From assembly GCF_030684315.1 (NCBI RefSeq), contig NC_081370.1, positions 49,494,728 to 49,558,727 on the forward strand: a stretch of DNA of 64,000 nucleotides, in the 5' to 3' direction. Numbering within the stretch: position 1 is the stretch's first letter; each line of letters begins with the position of its first letter. The notes beneath the pieces are model-generated. The model saw only the letters and a list, made by a program, of their open reading frames with translations. It was not told the origin of the DNA and did no database searches. Positions 51,920 to 63,718 of this stretch are shown piece after piece. The translations under genes and the position numbers were made by a program. Source of the stretch: Stegostoma tigrinum (lineage: Eukaryota).

Positions 51920-52235
51920 TAGAGTCATTGAATCTCAACAGTGTGGAAACAGGCCCTTCAGCCCAACAAGTCCACACTGACACTTAGAACATCCCACCCA
52001 TAAACCCATCCCCCTAATCTACACATTTCTGAACACTACGGCCCATTTAGCCTGGCCAACCCACTCAGCCTGCACATCTTTGGACGGAGAGAGGAAACTG
52101 GAACACCTGGAGGAATTCCCTGCAGATATGGGGAGAATGTGAAAACTCCACACAGACAATCGCCCAAGGGTGGAATCAAACCCAGGTCCTTGGTGCTAAT
52201 GAGACAGTGCTAACCAGCGAGCCACCGTGCAACCC
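51920..52235 (-). mobile_element. HE1/V-SINE nested in a fragment of the second LINE family (~51870-52500)
   Basis: cagtgctaaccagcgagccaccgtgcaaccc (reverse complement of the 5' end); cattca repeated at both flanks. Confidence 0.85.
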
Positions 52236-52639
52236 CATTCAGTCCAAACCAGTGCAAGGCAATGACAATCTCCAACAGCATAGAACTTAACTATGGCCCA
52301 TTGATTTTCAATGGCACCACCATCATTGAAAATTCCACTGTCAACATTCTTAGTATTATTGCTCAGAATTTGAACTGGCCAAACCAATTATATAAACATA
52401 ATGGCTACAAAAGCAGGTTAGAAGCTCAGAATTCTTTGGCAAGTAACTTACGTCCTGTCTTCCCAATTCCTGACCACTATATACAAGATACACATCAGGG
52501 TGTGTTTTTTTTTATTTAACCAGGGAGTAATGTGGGCTTGGAGGGAATGCGAAATCATCAGATCAGCCATGACTTTATTGAGTAGCAGAGCAGTCAAGAG
52601 GGGCCAAATGGCCAACTTCTAATCCCACACCATATGTTC

Positions 52640-53950
52640 ATAAATTCTCCTGAAGTAGAGTTGATCCTGTTCTCTCAGAATCTGTGAAGCTCTTTGGTTT
52701 CTGCTTCCAGTGCAATTTGAATAGCTTTGCTGAAAGCTAAATCTTCCCTGAACTACAAGAAATATGACAAAGATTCATCAATAATTCCAACAACAACTCA
52801 CTTCTTTGAATTCTGATTTCAAAGAATCATTGTCACGGTTTCCTCTAATCCTTTTAAGTCATTAGTAAAATTATCAAAAGATTCCCCTGGGAATCTGAAC
52901 TCTTCTGCTAAATTTTGCCATTTCAAGTATTTTGTTTTTATTAGATTAATTACCTATAACTTTTACTTTTTCTTTATAAGCCTCTATGTCTTCTCTAATG
53001 AGCTTCGGCAATTTAAACATAACCCACTATAAGACTTATTTAACACAATAATGCATTAATCTGTTCAGCTTCAGGTTTGGTAGTTAAATTTGAATCAATT
53101 CTACATTTTAAGAAGTGTGTTCGCCAAGATTTCCAGTCCTGTGTTCTATTTGGCTCACCTTTGACATTACATCTTTGTGCAAGCATTATTTTTCATGACA
53201 TTCCTTCTAAATCTACTTATTAATTCATATTGCTGTAAGCTACTGTATCTATCTCAATGCTTTTTATAGAGTGAAGTTTTCAAACCTGTATCCTTGAATT
53301 AGATCAATGTTGTTATGTCTAATGTTTTCCCATCTTGTTAGGCCTAAACACAAAGCATGTCATATTTTAATGAACTCCACTACGCATGCCTTAAAAGTTT
53401 TTTGGTTAAAATTAGCTTAAATTCTGAATATTTTAACCTTCTAGAAGTCTGAAAATTCTTCTAACTTTCTTCTTCTGTGAGACTCTTTCCGACGCATTTA
53501 TAAAAAAAATTGTCCCTGTATCACTATTAATGAATTGTGCCACTTCACCAATACTGCAGCTTTAGCATTCAATTACTTTTCTGGCTTTTGTACTGTCTGC
53601 TGTAGTAATGTCTCATGAAGCCTGCACACAATCAAGGTGATGCTTGACTCAAAGGGTCAGCATTCATTTTTAATGTGCTGCCCTTCCTCACCCGCTTTTT
53701 GTACCATTATTGTAAAGTTATAAAGAGATATCCAAGCTTACACCTGGAGTTCCCAATATCTCCTAAAACCTTATTTTCTTAAAACTCCAGTTTCTTCCAG
53801 TGAAATGAGTTTTTATTCTTCTCCTAACCCACATTGATTATCCTGCACCTCTTACCAGCTCTGATGGAAATTTCCTTTGGACTGCTACTTTTAGTCAACT
53901 GCTGATACAATGCGGGCCTCTGACTGTTGTTGAGTGGCAGACTGACATTT
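52640..53950 (-). mobile_element. Decayed Gypsy gag-like relic
   Basis: Minus-strand fragments PGESFDNFTNDLK and DLAFSKAIQIALEAE are typical of Gypsy gag; extent uncertain. Confidence 0.45.
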
Positions 53951-55059
53951 TGGAAAATAGTAAGGTTCTTAAAGTGATGCACTTAATTATTTTGAAGTTT
54001 TTTTTTCAGTGTCAAATGGATTTTTTCCATTTTTATTATCTTCAGGTACTTCAATAACACTTTGTTACATAACTCAGCTCAATCATGTACTTTGGGGGTG
54101 ATTTCTAGATCCACTCACTGCATAGGCAACTTATTCTTTGTATAACCATTGAGCCTTTTTGTTATTCACCCAATATTTTGGTCATTCTTCACTGGATTTT
54201 ATATTCTGTCCAATCTTCTGACCTGCTGTCTATCTCTGCACAATTATATGCTATTTCTTTAATTTCAATTCTATCTTTAAAATTTCAAGTCAACTTCAGA
54301 AGATAGGTCTGTTCCTTGGAATTTTCCTTATTCATTGGACATTTTTTTTGTGTCTTCTGAAATATCTCCTTAAATGTCTGACACTGCACCTGTATTGACA
54401 TCTCATTTCACCTAATTTGCTAATTTACCAGCTCTGCTTTCATATCCTCGTTACTGCTAAAATTTAATTTTAAAAAATAGCCTCAGACCCGCTCTTCCTC
54501 TCTTTCAAACTGAATGTAAAATTTGATCATATGATGACCACTGCTATCAAAGTGCCTTCACTATGAAATCATTAAAGGCCTATCTCACATTGTTCTTGAG
54601 ACATGGTACTCAGAATTGGATACAATACTTCAGTTCAGGCTAAATATGATTTATAAACATTTGTGATTTCTTTACTCTTATATTGAATGCTTCAATGCCT
54701 TTTTACTAGCTTCCTCAACCTGCTTTCTATCTTCTTTATTTGTGGACATGTACCCTTGGTATCTCTGTTCCTAAAACATATTTAGAATGACATTCTTCAT
54801 TTATATTGACTGTTCTTGTTCTTCAAACCAAAACTTCACCTTTTTCTTAAATAAATTTCATTTCCCATATATTTGCTTATCCCTTCTAGAAGTCTTTTAC
54901 TGCTGTTCCTATAATATACAACACTGTATAGTTTTGTTCTGAGCTCTCGAGCCTTGCGTGAGAGGATGTCATGCAAAAATGTGCCGGAGGCCAGAGACAG
55001 TACATCTCAAAGAGGGAAGACAACAAAAATGTTCCCAGTAAAAATGATGCAGAAATTTA

Positions 55060-55440
55060 TGCCCACTTTGCATAAGCATCACCAGCTGCTCCTTGATGTA
55101 TTTGATGTCCCTCTTGATCCAAAGTCTCTATTATGCAGCCACTTTGCAGCATACAACAGAAACCCTTAATGTCCTTGGCTGAGTTATATTGCAAGACGCA
55201 CCAACAAGCCTTCCTGATATGCTGCCAATCATGTGTTCGACAAGTGCGTTGTTGGATGGAACTACTCCTTTGCTCAGCTGGAGCCTTGGAATAATACCAC
55301 ATCAACAGAGTAACTATGTCGCAGTCTGGCAAGGGGTTGTCCTGGGAATTGCTTGTCACAGTCATATTTTGATGGGATATGGGACTGCATAAAAACAAGA
55401 GGATTAGAGTAGCAGACTCTGTGACTGAACAAGTGAACAT
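55060..55440 (-). pseudogene. Possible Harbinger (HARBI1-like) transposase C-terminal relic
   Basis: ORF 55057-55446 ...PAEQR...LQYNSAK...CCML loosely matches P.T.AE..YN...LQYSP.....CC.LHN. Confidence 0.35.
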
Positions 55441-55934
55441 GAACAAGTGTTAAAAGCTGCAGATGATCTGGGTAGAATGGTTTCCAGTTGCAAAATGGGA
55501 TACAGGCGCAATGGGTTACTCTTAGATATTTGGGAATCCTGTCATGTCATGGAATCACTATCTACAAGTGACTCACTGAGTGAAAGAAAATCAATCATTG
55601 TAGAAAATCTTTGGAAATCTTAGGAGAGAAATTGCTATATGTGTATCATCATTAGTTGTGAACATCACTGCTCTACCTTTGTATTATACACCACCACACA
55701 GCCAGGGTAAGGGTGCACCCAGTTATAGATTACCAGATCAGCCATGATCTCATTAAATGTTGCTGAATGGGCTCAATGGACCGAATGGCCTACTTCTGTT
55801 TCTATGTTTGATGGTCTTATGGTTCCTTACGTTCACCAGTGAAATTTGACCCTGTATTATTCTAACTCCAAACATCCCAAGCAGTTAATGTAAGGCCAGT
55901 GACCCCCAAGTAATGCTTGAGTAGCATTATCATC

Positions 55935-56590
55935 GTTTAGAGTCATGGAGTCATAGAGCTGTAAGGCATGGAAACAGACCCTTCACTCTAACTCGTCCTT
56001 GCTGACCAGATATCCTAAATTAATCTTGTCCCATTTGTCAGCATTTGGCCCATAAGCCCTATAAAACCTTTTTATTCATATAGCCGTCCAGCTATCTCAT
56101 AAATGTTGTAATTGTACCAGCCTCAACCACTTAATCTGGCAGCTCATTCCATACATGCACCACCCTCTGCATGTAAAAGTTGCCCATTAGGTCTTTCTTT
56201 CCCCTCTCACCTTAAACCTCTGGCCTGGGGTAAAGACCTTGGCTGTTCAAACTATCCATGCCCCTCATGATTTTATTAACCTCTGTAAAGTGAACCCTCA
56301 GCCTCCGACACTCTAGGGAAAATAGTCTATTCAGCCTCTCCCCATAGCTCAAACCCTCCAAACCTGGCAACATCCTTGTAATTTTTTTCTGAACCCTTCC
56401 AAGTTTCACAACATCTTTTAATAGCAGGGGGACCAGAATTGCATGCAGTATTCTAAAAGTAGCCCAGCCAGTGTCCTGTGCAACCACAACATGACCTCCC
56501 AACTCCTATACACAATGCACTGATTGATAAAGGCAAGCTTACCAAACACCTTCTTAAATATCCTATCTACCTGTGACTCCATTTTTAAGA
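55935..56590 (-). mobile_element. CR1 LINE fragment
   Basis: ORFs 56212-56657 DVVKLGRVQKKITRMLPGLEGLSYGERL, LLEYCMQFWSP; agtcat tail. Confidence 0.85.
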
Positions 56591-56608
56591 AGCGATTAAC
56601 CCACAGTC

Positions 56609-56700
56609 CAAGATAACAAGGTTTCGAGCTGGATGAACAAAGCAGGCCAAGCAGCATCAGAGGAGCAGAAAAGCTGACATTTCAGGTCTGACCCTTCTTT
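56609..56700 (-). mobile_element. Penelope-like terminus (family A), single arm
   Basis: gataacaagg...gctggatgaac..gcaggccaagcagcatc...gacatttcaggtctgacccttc. Confidence 0.75.
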
Positions 56701-57693
56701 GGAAAAAGTTACTGCAGCCCAAGGTGTCTTTGCTTAATCAAGAATAAAACAAGCATAAAGCTGCAGTTGTGTTATCTGAAGGACAAGTAGCACAAATTGT
56801 AGATAAAATAAACTTTTGGTACATTTTCAATTTCAAAGTGATTAGGCGTGCCTGGTCTAATAATAAACTATTACTTTACAATGGAACAGCGTACTTCTAA
56901 TGTCATGTATCAAGTGATCTGAAGTAAGATGGAGCATGAGATCTTTATACCCTTAGGGTACTGTGATGGCATCTTGAACATGTCTCTTAAGGGTATACTG
57001 ACTTTGAGATGTAGCACACAAACAATTTGATTAGTAACAAAGGTCTAAGACCATCTCTGATGTATTTTGCATACATGCTACACTTACCTATGTCACTTTG
57101 TATCAAGTAGCAGCACGTTGACTACACAATCTAAAAGCAGAATTCCGTTTGCCAGAGTGTTGCAACTATTGGAGGGAGCTGTGACTGGGCTCCGCTGATC
57201 CCAGGATTTGAGCCGACGTGGCTGCCATTTTAGAGCAGCATTTGGAAACATTGCTGAATGTTTCTCTCACGAAATGATAAGTTAAGTGCCTACCTGTCTC
57301 TCTGAACTGTTTAAATAAAAACAAGCACGCCTTTCCCCAAAATCCTGGTTTACTGCGATCTCTTGCTCATACTACCAGAGCAGATTAAATGATTGTTCAT
57401 CTATTCCTTTGTGCTATACAGTGATTTTTGCATATTCCCTTTCCTGTGATTACCCATAAAACAAGACTAACTATATGGCTTAACAGCAGATCATTGGTAT
57501 TGAATGGCTTTGAGGTGATCTGAGCGTTTGCAAAGTAAATGAAAGTTAATTTGTCTGCATCTATATGCTTGCTCCAGTGAAGGATAAACAGGAGAGATAA
57601 TGGGAACTGCAGATGCTGGAGAATTCCAAGATAATAAAATGTGAGGCTGGATGAACACAGCAGGCCAAGCAGCATCTCAGGAGCACAAAAGCT

Positions 57694-57721
57694 GATGTTT
57701 CGGGCTTAGACCCTTCATCAG
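57694..57721 (-). ncRNA. Minimal hammerhead ribozyme core (variant)
   Basis: Reverse complement reads CUGAUGA-A-GGGUCUAAGCCC-GAAA-CAUC. Confidence 0.6.
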
Positions 57722-58488
57722 AGAGGGGGATGGGGAGAGGGAACTGGAATAAATAGGGAGAGAGGGGGAGGCGGACCGAAGATGGAGAGTAAAGAAGATA
57801 GGTGGAGAGAGTATAGGTGGGGAGGTAGGGAGGGGATAGGTCAGTCCAGGGAAGACGGACAGGTCAAGGAGGTGGGATGAGGTTAGTAGGTAGCTGGGGG
57901 TGCGGCTTGGGGTGGGAGGAAGGGATGGGTGAGAGGAAGAACCGGTTAGGGAGGCAGAGACAGGTTGGACTGGTTTTGGGATGCAATGGGTGGGGGGGAA
58001 GAGCTGGGCTGGTTGTGTGGTGCAGTGGGGGGAGGGGACGAACTGGGCTGGTTTAGGGATGCTGTTGGGGAAGGGGAGATTTTGAAACTGGTGAAGTGTG
58101 GTATCAATGTGGACTTCACCAGTTTCAAAATCTCCCCTTCCCCAACTGCATCCCTAAACCAGCCCAGTTCGTCCCCTCCCCCCACTGCACCACACAACCA
58201 GCCCAGCTCTTCCCCCCCACCCACTGCATCCCAAAACCAGTCCAACATGTCTCTGGCTCCCTAACCGGTTCTTCCTCTCACCCATCCCTTCCTCCGACCC
58301 CAAGCCGCACCCCCAGCTACCTACTAACCTCATCCCACCTCCTTGACCTGTCCGTCTTCCCTGGACTGACCTATCCCCTCCCTACCTCCCCACCTATACT
58401 CTCTCCACCTATCTTCTTTACTCTCCATCTTCGGTCCGCCTCCCCCTCTCTCCCTATTTATTCCAGTTCCCTCTCCCCATCCCCCTCT

Positions 58489-58516
58489 CTGATGAAGGGT
58501 CTAGGCCCGAAACGTC
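58489..58516 (+). ncRNA. Minimal hammerhead ribozyme core
   Basis: CUGAUGA-A-GGGUCUAGGCCC-GAAA-CGUC; palindromic ACGU in place of stem III; GUC cleavage triplet. Confidence 0.7.
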
Positions 58517-60489
58517 AGCTTTTGTGCTCCTGAGATGCTGCTTGGCCTGCTGTGTTCATCCAGCCTCACATTTTACTATCGAGGATAAACAGGAAGTGAG
58601 AAAGGTTGCAGTGCCAGTGAATCAATGCATTCACGATAAATTGCCCAAAACATTACACAGCGTTACCCTGCAAAGAACCATTGCCATAGGACAAAAGCAG
58701 AAATACAGCCTCCAGACATGATTCTGGTCATTAGCTGCTTTACAATGAGTGCTGTGAATAGACAGAACTGTAGGCTGAACACTTAGTATTTGTTCCTGGT
58801 CAATTCAATGATTAAAAATGATCTTTTGCTGCCCTCTGTATGATCCAGGAGCAGTGCCACACTTTGCAAAGAAACTGACTTTGGGTTAACATTGCAAGGT
58901 CAATCCATAGCACAACACTCACATGCACGGTGCCCATGCCTATAGCTTTGGAACTGTATTATGGGCTTCATCATCTCTAATTATTTCTGTAGGCAATGAC
59001 TGGATTAAACAAAATGAGTGTTAAAATTAGCTAAGATAAAAGTCATTAGTGTGTGATTCCTGCTTTCTTAAAATGATCCAATACCTGCTAATGATAGCAG
59101 CTAACATCTCAACATGTTTTATGTTTGAATACAAGACATTGAGCTGATTAAAGCATTTGGCTGCATTGTGTATTTTAATCTTCTTTCAGAGTCATTTTGC
59201 AGTATCAAACACATTGAAACATTGGTTATTATCATACCGTGTATCACTTTCAATTGCACATTACTGTGATATCATTAGCATCAATGTGGGACAGCAATGA
59301 GCATTCTACATACTCCGGTAACTGAGAAACCAAATTGGTAAGAGGCTAATAGCACGAACATTACATTTGAATGATTTTTGATGTATATGTGATTCAAAGA
59401 TATGTTAATTTATTGCAAAGCTATTATTTTTGTGGATAAATTCCAAAGAGACATGCAAAACAAAAAGAACCAAGATTTTGTCCACACTTCAACTCACTGT
59501 GTAGCAAAGTAGTAAAAAGTAATGATCTCAGAACGTAAGACATGTGCAATCTCTGTGAAATATTGTCAGTGTGCACTGACATTTGTGCAAGTCAGAATAA
59601 TGGTCTCCAAAGACAGAAGCCCAAAGTCCTGACTAGATTATAAGCTATCCCTCATCCACTTCTGTGCTTTGTATTATTTGGTCAAGACATGCTCATTATG
59701 CCAATAATGTAAATGAGCTTGTGTAATACTTCTAACATTGCAAAAAAGTCAGGACGGCATCCGGTGCTCCAATCCATTAGTGTTGGGTGTCCCTCATTAT
59801 CCTTCATTTATTCTCATCACCCATTCCTCTAATTAATGAACATCTAGAATTTCTGATCAAAACAAATTTCATTCCAGTAAATTTTATGGCATCAATAACT
59901 ACCCCACATATAAGCCATTCCATAATTGCATTCATATAGATTATGTCATGTCCACACGGGGCCTGATTGCAAAATGGTCCACGAATTGCAAGTCTGTAAA
60001 GCTCCCTTAAAACCCTTTTAGATTTTCACATGTTTCTATTAAAAAACACAATTATCAGCAAGCCTTTAGCCTTAAACAAGGTCAAGGTAAGTTTTTGGAA
60101 CAACTACTGCTCTAAACTTGCTGAGTACAAAATTAATACAGTAATGAGCTAAACCATATATGCAAGCATTAAAATTAGGTGCAGATAAAAGATGAAGTGA
60201 GGCCAACTTATTATCAAGGCTGGCTTGCTACTTGACTGAAGACTGTTTTCCCAAAGCTAGAGGGTTGAAAGTCAGATTTCAGCATTTGCGATTGCTGCTT
60301 CCATTAAATATATAATTGGAGTATTTTCTCATGGACTGAGCTAAATAGATTGTGCAAGGACGTGACACCTTTATTTTGTTGTGAAGGCTTTGCAAGTTGT
60401 AAGCCTTGATAACCTGGCTCACTACCTTAGTCTTTTATTTAAGTTGACTTTCTCCATATTGCTACTGAGAACACACTGTCTCTCTGATG

Positions 60490-61280
60490 TCAATTTTTAG
60501 GATTCCCACTTGAATTTCTGTTAAAATTGCATGGCCAATTGGCCAATGGCCTAAGCAACGAAGCCTGAAATAAATTTTCCGCACGCAAGGCCTAATGGAA
60601 TGCAAGGATGGCAAGGTCACCACAGGTCAAAAGCAAACAAGACCAGCCTAGATCTGTATTTCATATAGAACTGAGGTGGTCAGCACTGTCAATGGGAGAG
60701 TTATTATGACCCAAAACTCATTAAGAAGTACTCAGCCAGAAACATAAGGCAAGCCAAGATTTTTGTGTATTTCTTGGTTTTGGCCAGAGACCTTGGCATC
60801 ATGGAGTAAACAATCTAGCAAAGGGGATGGGTACACCTAGGGTAAACTGGCCCAACCTCATTGGTCAGAGAACATTCCAGAAGGGCTCAGAAAGGGTGGA
60901 TAAGAAGGGACATCTGGCAACCATTCTCTCAGCGAAGACTCGGACAGTGAAGATTCCGTGTCAGACCCACCTTTGAAACTGGGAAAATGCTGAGTGCCCT
61001 CTCATTGGATCTCAGTGAATTGGTTCCAGCAACCCAATCGAGTTCACCAAAGAGGGTAATATTTGTGTTTTTCAGGCAGTTGGCCTAGTTTGGGGAAAGT
61101 TAACTTAAACTGTGCGAGCTTTGTTTTCTTTAACTTATAAGTTTTTCTAATAAAACTATGTTTGAGCAGTCCCTTGTTTGTCTCATGCAGTGAGAGCATC
61201 TGGGGAAACTTATGTTATGAGTAATAAACTGGTCGAAATGCCTGTACAGAATATTTGACAAGTAACAATTGTGTCTCACA
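60490..61280 (+). mobile_element. Possible solo LTR
   Basis: LTR-like length and composition, AATAAA at ~61149, possible tgtcaa...ttgaca ends; no TSD found. Confidence 0.3.
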
Positions 61281-61809
61281 ACCTAGCATATTCAGACCAG
61301 AACTTAAGGTGTTTCCTTTGTTATGTTTGATGAATCATTATTCCATGAACCAATTATGCTAGAATTTCCTGTGGTATCTTCCAGACTTCCAGTTCTTTGG
61401 GAAGCTTTGAATTCTCCCACTTTTCGAAAGACCTATGTGACATCCAAGTAAATTCTCATTATTTCTCTTCGTGATTAATGTTGAGATAATGCAACTAAAT
61501 GTTTGCTTTTTAACTTTAAATTAATCAACAAAATCAATCATGTGACATCTGGGAGCCACCTTTGTAAAAAAATCTATTTTACAAATCTTCAGAAAATAAA
61601 TAATATTGTACTATATGGCTGTTACAATTACTAAGGATGTTTAGTATTACTGTTGATGGAAAATCTAATCCAATCTAAAAAATAACATTTTTGGAGGGTG
61701 AGCTTATCAATTCATCAGAACTCAATCCTGACAATTAAATCCCTCATAAACACTGACAGAAGTTGGGTGAAGCTTATCCCAGAACTATTCTTACTCCTGG
61801 TGTAGAAGA

Positions 61810-62385
61810 GCATGTGTTAGACTGGGATGGACAAAGTTAGAAATTACACAACACCAGGTTATAGTCCAAAAGATTTATTCGAAATTGCAAGCTTTCGAAG
61901 TGCTGCTACTTCATCAGATGAATGGGAGGGTAGGGCACAAGCATATAATTTATAGGCAGAGAAATCATTGCAAGGTAATTCCAGGTAATTGAGAGTGTCA
62001 AAAGATAGTTCTGATGTTGTGAGTGGAGTGTCAACAGGCTGAATAGCAAGTGAAGGGATGTTCTAATATCTGATTATTCAAGACAGAGAGATAATTACAA
62101 ACAAAAATAAAATGGTGAGATAACAAGATGTAGAGCTGGATGAACACAGCAGGTGAAGCAGCATCTGAGGAGCAGGAAAGCTGACATTTCAGATCTAGGC
62201 CCTTGCTGAAAATTTCTGAAGAAGGGCCAAGACCCGAAAGGTCAGCTTTCCTGCTGTGTTCGCCCAGCTCTATACCTTGTTATCTCAGATTCTCCAGCAT
62301 CTGCAGTTCCTACTATCTCCAAAAATAAGGTGGTGCTAGAAACAAACCAAATGGCAAGCATGATAGGTTTCAGAGTTGCAGGACA
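61810..62385 (-). mobile_element. Penelope-like 3' region (family C) with hammerhead core
   Basis: cacaacaccaggttatagtcca; reverse complement of ~61889-61917 reads CUGAUGA-AGUAGCAGCACUUC-GAAA-GCUU. Confidence 0.7.
62118..62319. mobile_element. Palindromic Penelope-like terminus (family A) nested in the family C element
   Basis: Inverted arms; core ctgaaga-agggccaagaccc-gaaa-ggtc from 62216; TSD caaaaataa(aa/gg)tggtg at 62102-62117 and 62320-62335. Confidence 0.85.
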
Positions 62386-63374
62386 AGGGTCCGTTATTCT
62401 TTCTCCACCATTGAACTTTACTAACATTGCAGTGTGAATACCATAACCAAGAGGATTTCAATACACTACAGCCAAGCTACAGCAGTGGAGTTCATCAAAT
62501 TGCAAGGATTTTAACAATTAAATTCCCTTCGAACACCCCAATTATTCCACTTCACATCTTTATACTCCATCAAAATACAGAGAAAGGAAATACTTAAGCA
62601 TTGCAGCATTACCATGGGATCCTGCCATCTGTAAATGCTAAACATGCCACACAAGAGAAAAAGTTGATTGAAAAACAGAGTTTAAGTGCAAGTCATTAAA
62701 ACACAATAAGAGTGAGCATCAATTCTCAGGACACGAAAAAACAAAGTTTTCCAATTCCATATGCAACGCAGAGTATTTCCTCTTTGGAGCACACATTGGG
62801 AAGTCATAAAGGCCACAATGTTATTAAAACATATCACATGAATTTCTCACTTTATGTAAAAATGACAAAATAACCTGACAACTCACTATTGTGTGGCAGC
62901 CAAATTATAGATCCATTTCAGATTCTCTTCTCAGGGCACCAACAATCAAGATCAATTTTGACTCATAGCAATCAGTTTTAGTGCAATATTATCAACATTA
63001 ATGCGTCTATCCCTCCTCAAAAATTGACCAGGGTGAGAATGTTTTCCGACAAAGATGAAGCGAGGAAACTGAACTTTCTGCTGTCACTGAGTAGGGGCAG
63101 CCACAATGATTTCTAGCAAGGGGTGCCTTGCAAGGCAACTCAGAGATAAACTTGAACATAGCTCATTGGGATGTGAACACGGAGAAAAGTCAATACTGAG
63201 TGGTCTCCCAAGAGAGGCCATCAATCCCAGAATTCAGTTTCAAAGGATGATACTCTAAAAATTACCAGGACAGGTTAGTGCAGTATGCTTACTTTGTTTG
63301 GTGGTTTCAATCTCTTTGAAATTGTAGGGGTGAGTTGGGGGGGTGGGGGGCAGGCGGAGTTGCTGGTAGGGTAA

Positions 63375-63718
63375 GTACAGGAAAAATGTTCTCAATGGTG
63401 AAGGAGCCCAGAATGGTGGGGGGTTTGGGGCTGGTGGGGGGTGGTCACAGTCTAAGAACATGGGGTAGACCATTTAGGACTGAGATGAGGAAAATCTTTG
63501 CACCCAGCGAGCAGTGAATTTGTCAAATTTACCACCACAGAAAGAAGTTGAGGCTAAAACATGGAATGTTCTGAGGAAGAAGATAGATATGGTTCCGAGG
63601 GCTGAAGGGATCAAAGGTAATGGGATGAAAACAGGAACCAGGTGCTGAGTTGAACGACCAGCCATGATCATATTGATTGGCAGAGCAGATCTGAAGAGCG
63701 AAAGGGCCTACTTCTGTG
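63375..63718 (+). mobile_element. CR1 3' fragment
   Basis: GHSLRTWGRPFRTEMRK; agccatgatcatattga...gcctacttctg. Confidence 0.8.

Larger units (their letters stand above)
57594..58581. mobile_element. Large fold-back Penelope-like insertion (468-bp arms, 15-nt loop, two hammerheads)
   Basis: 57630-58097 inverts 58113-58580; centre encodes GINVDFTSFK (GIY-YIG C-terminus); perfect TSD aggataaacagga at 57581-57593 and 58582-58594. Confidence 0.95.

Noticed and set aside
57946-58264. Mirror-image ORFs on both strands (also 26209-26487)
   Set aside because: A trivial consequence of the DNA palindromes; the translations are low-complexity and not evidence of proteins
7709-62319. Recurrent palindromic repeats as a CRISPR array or a single MITE family
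   Set aside because: They are dispersed, not regularly spaced, in eukaryotic context. Internal junctions and TSD lengths differ per copy, which fits independent retrotransposition events.
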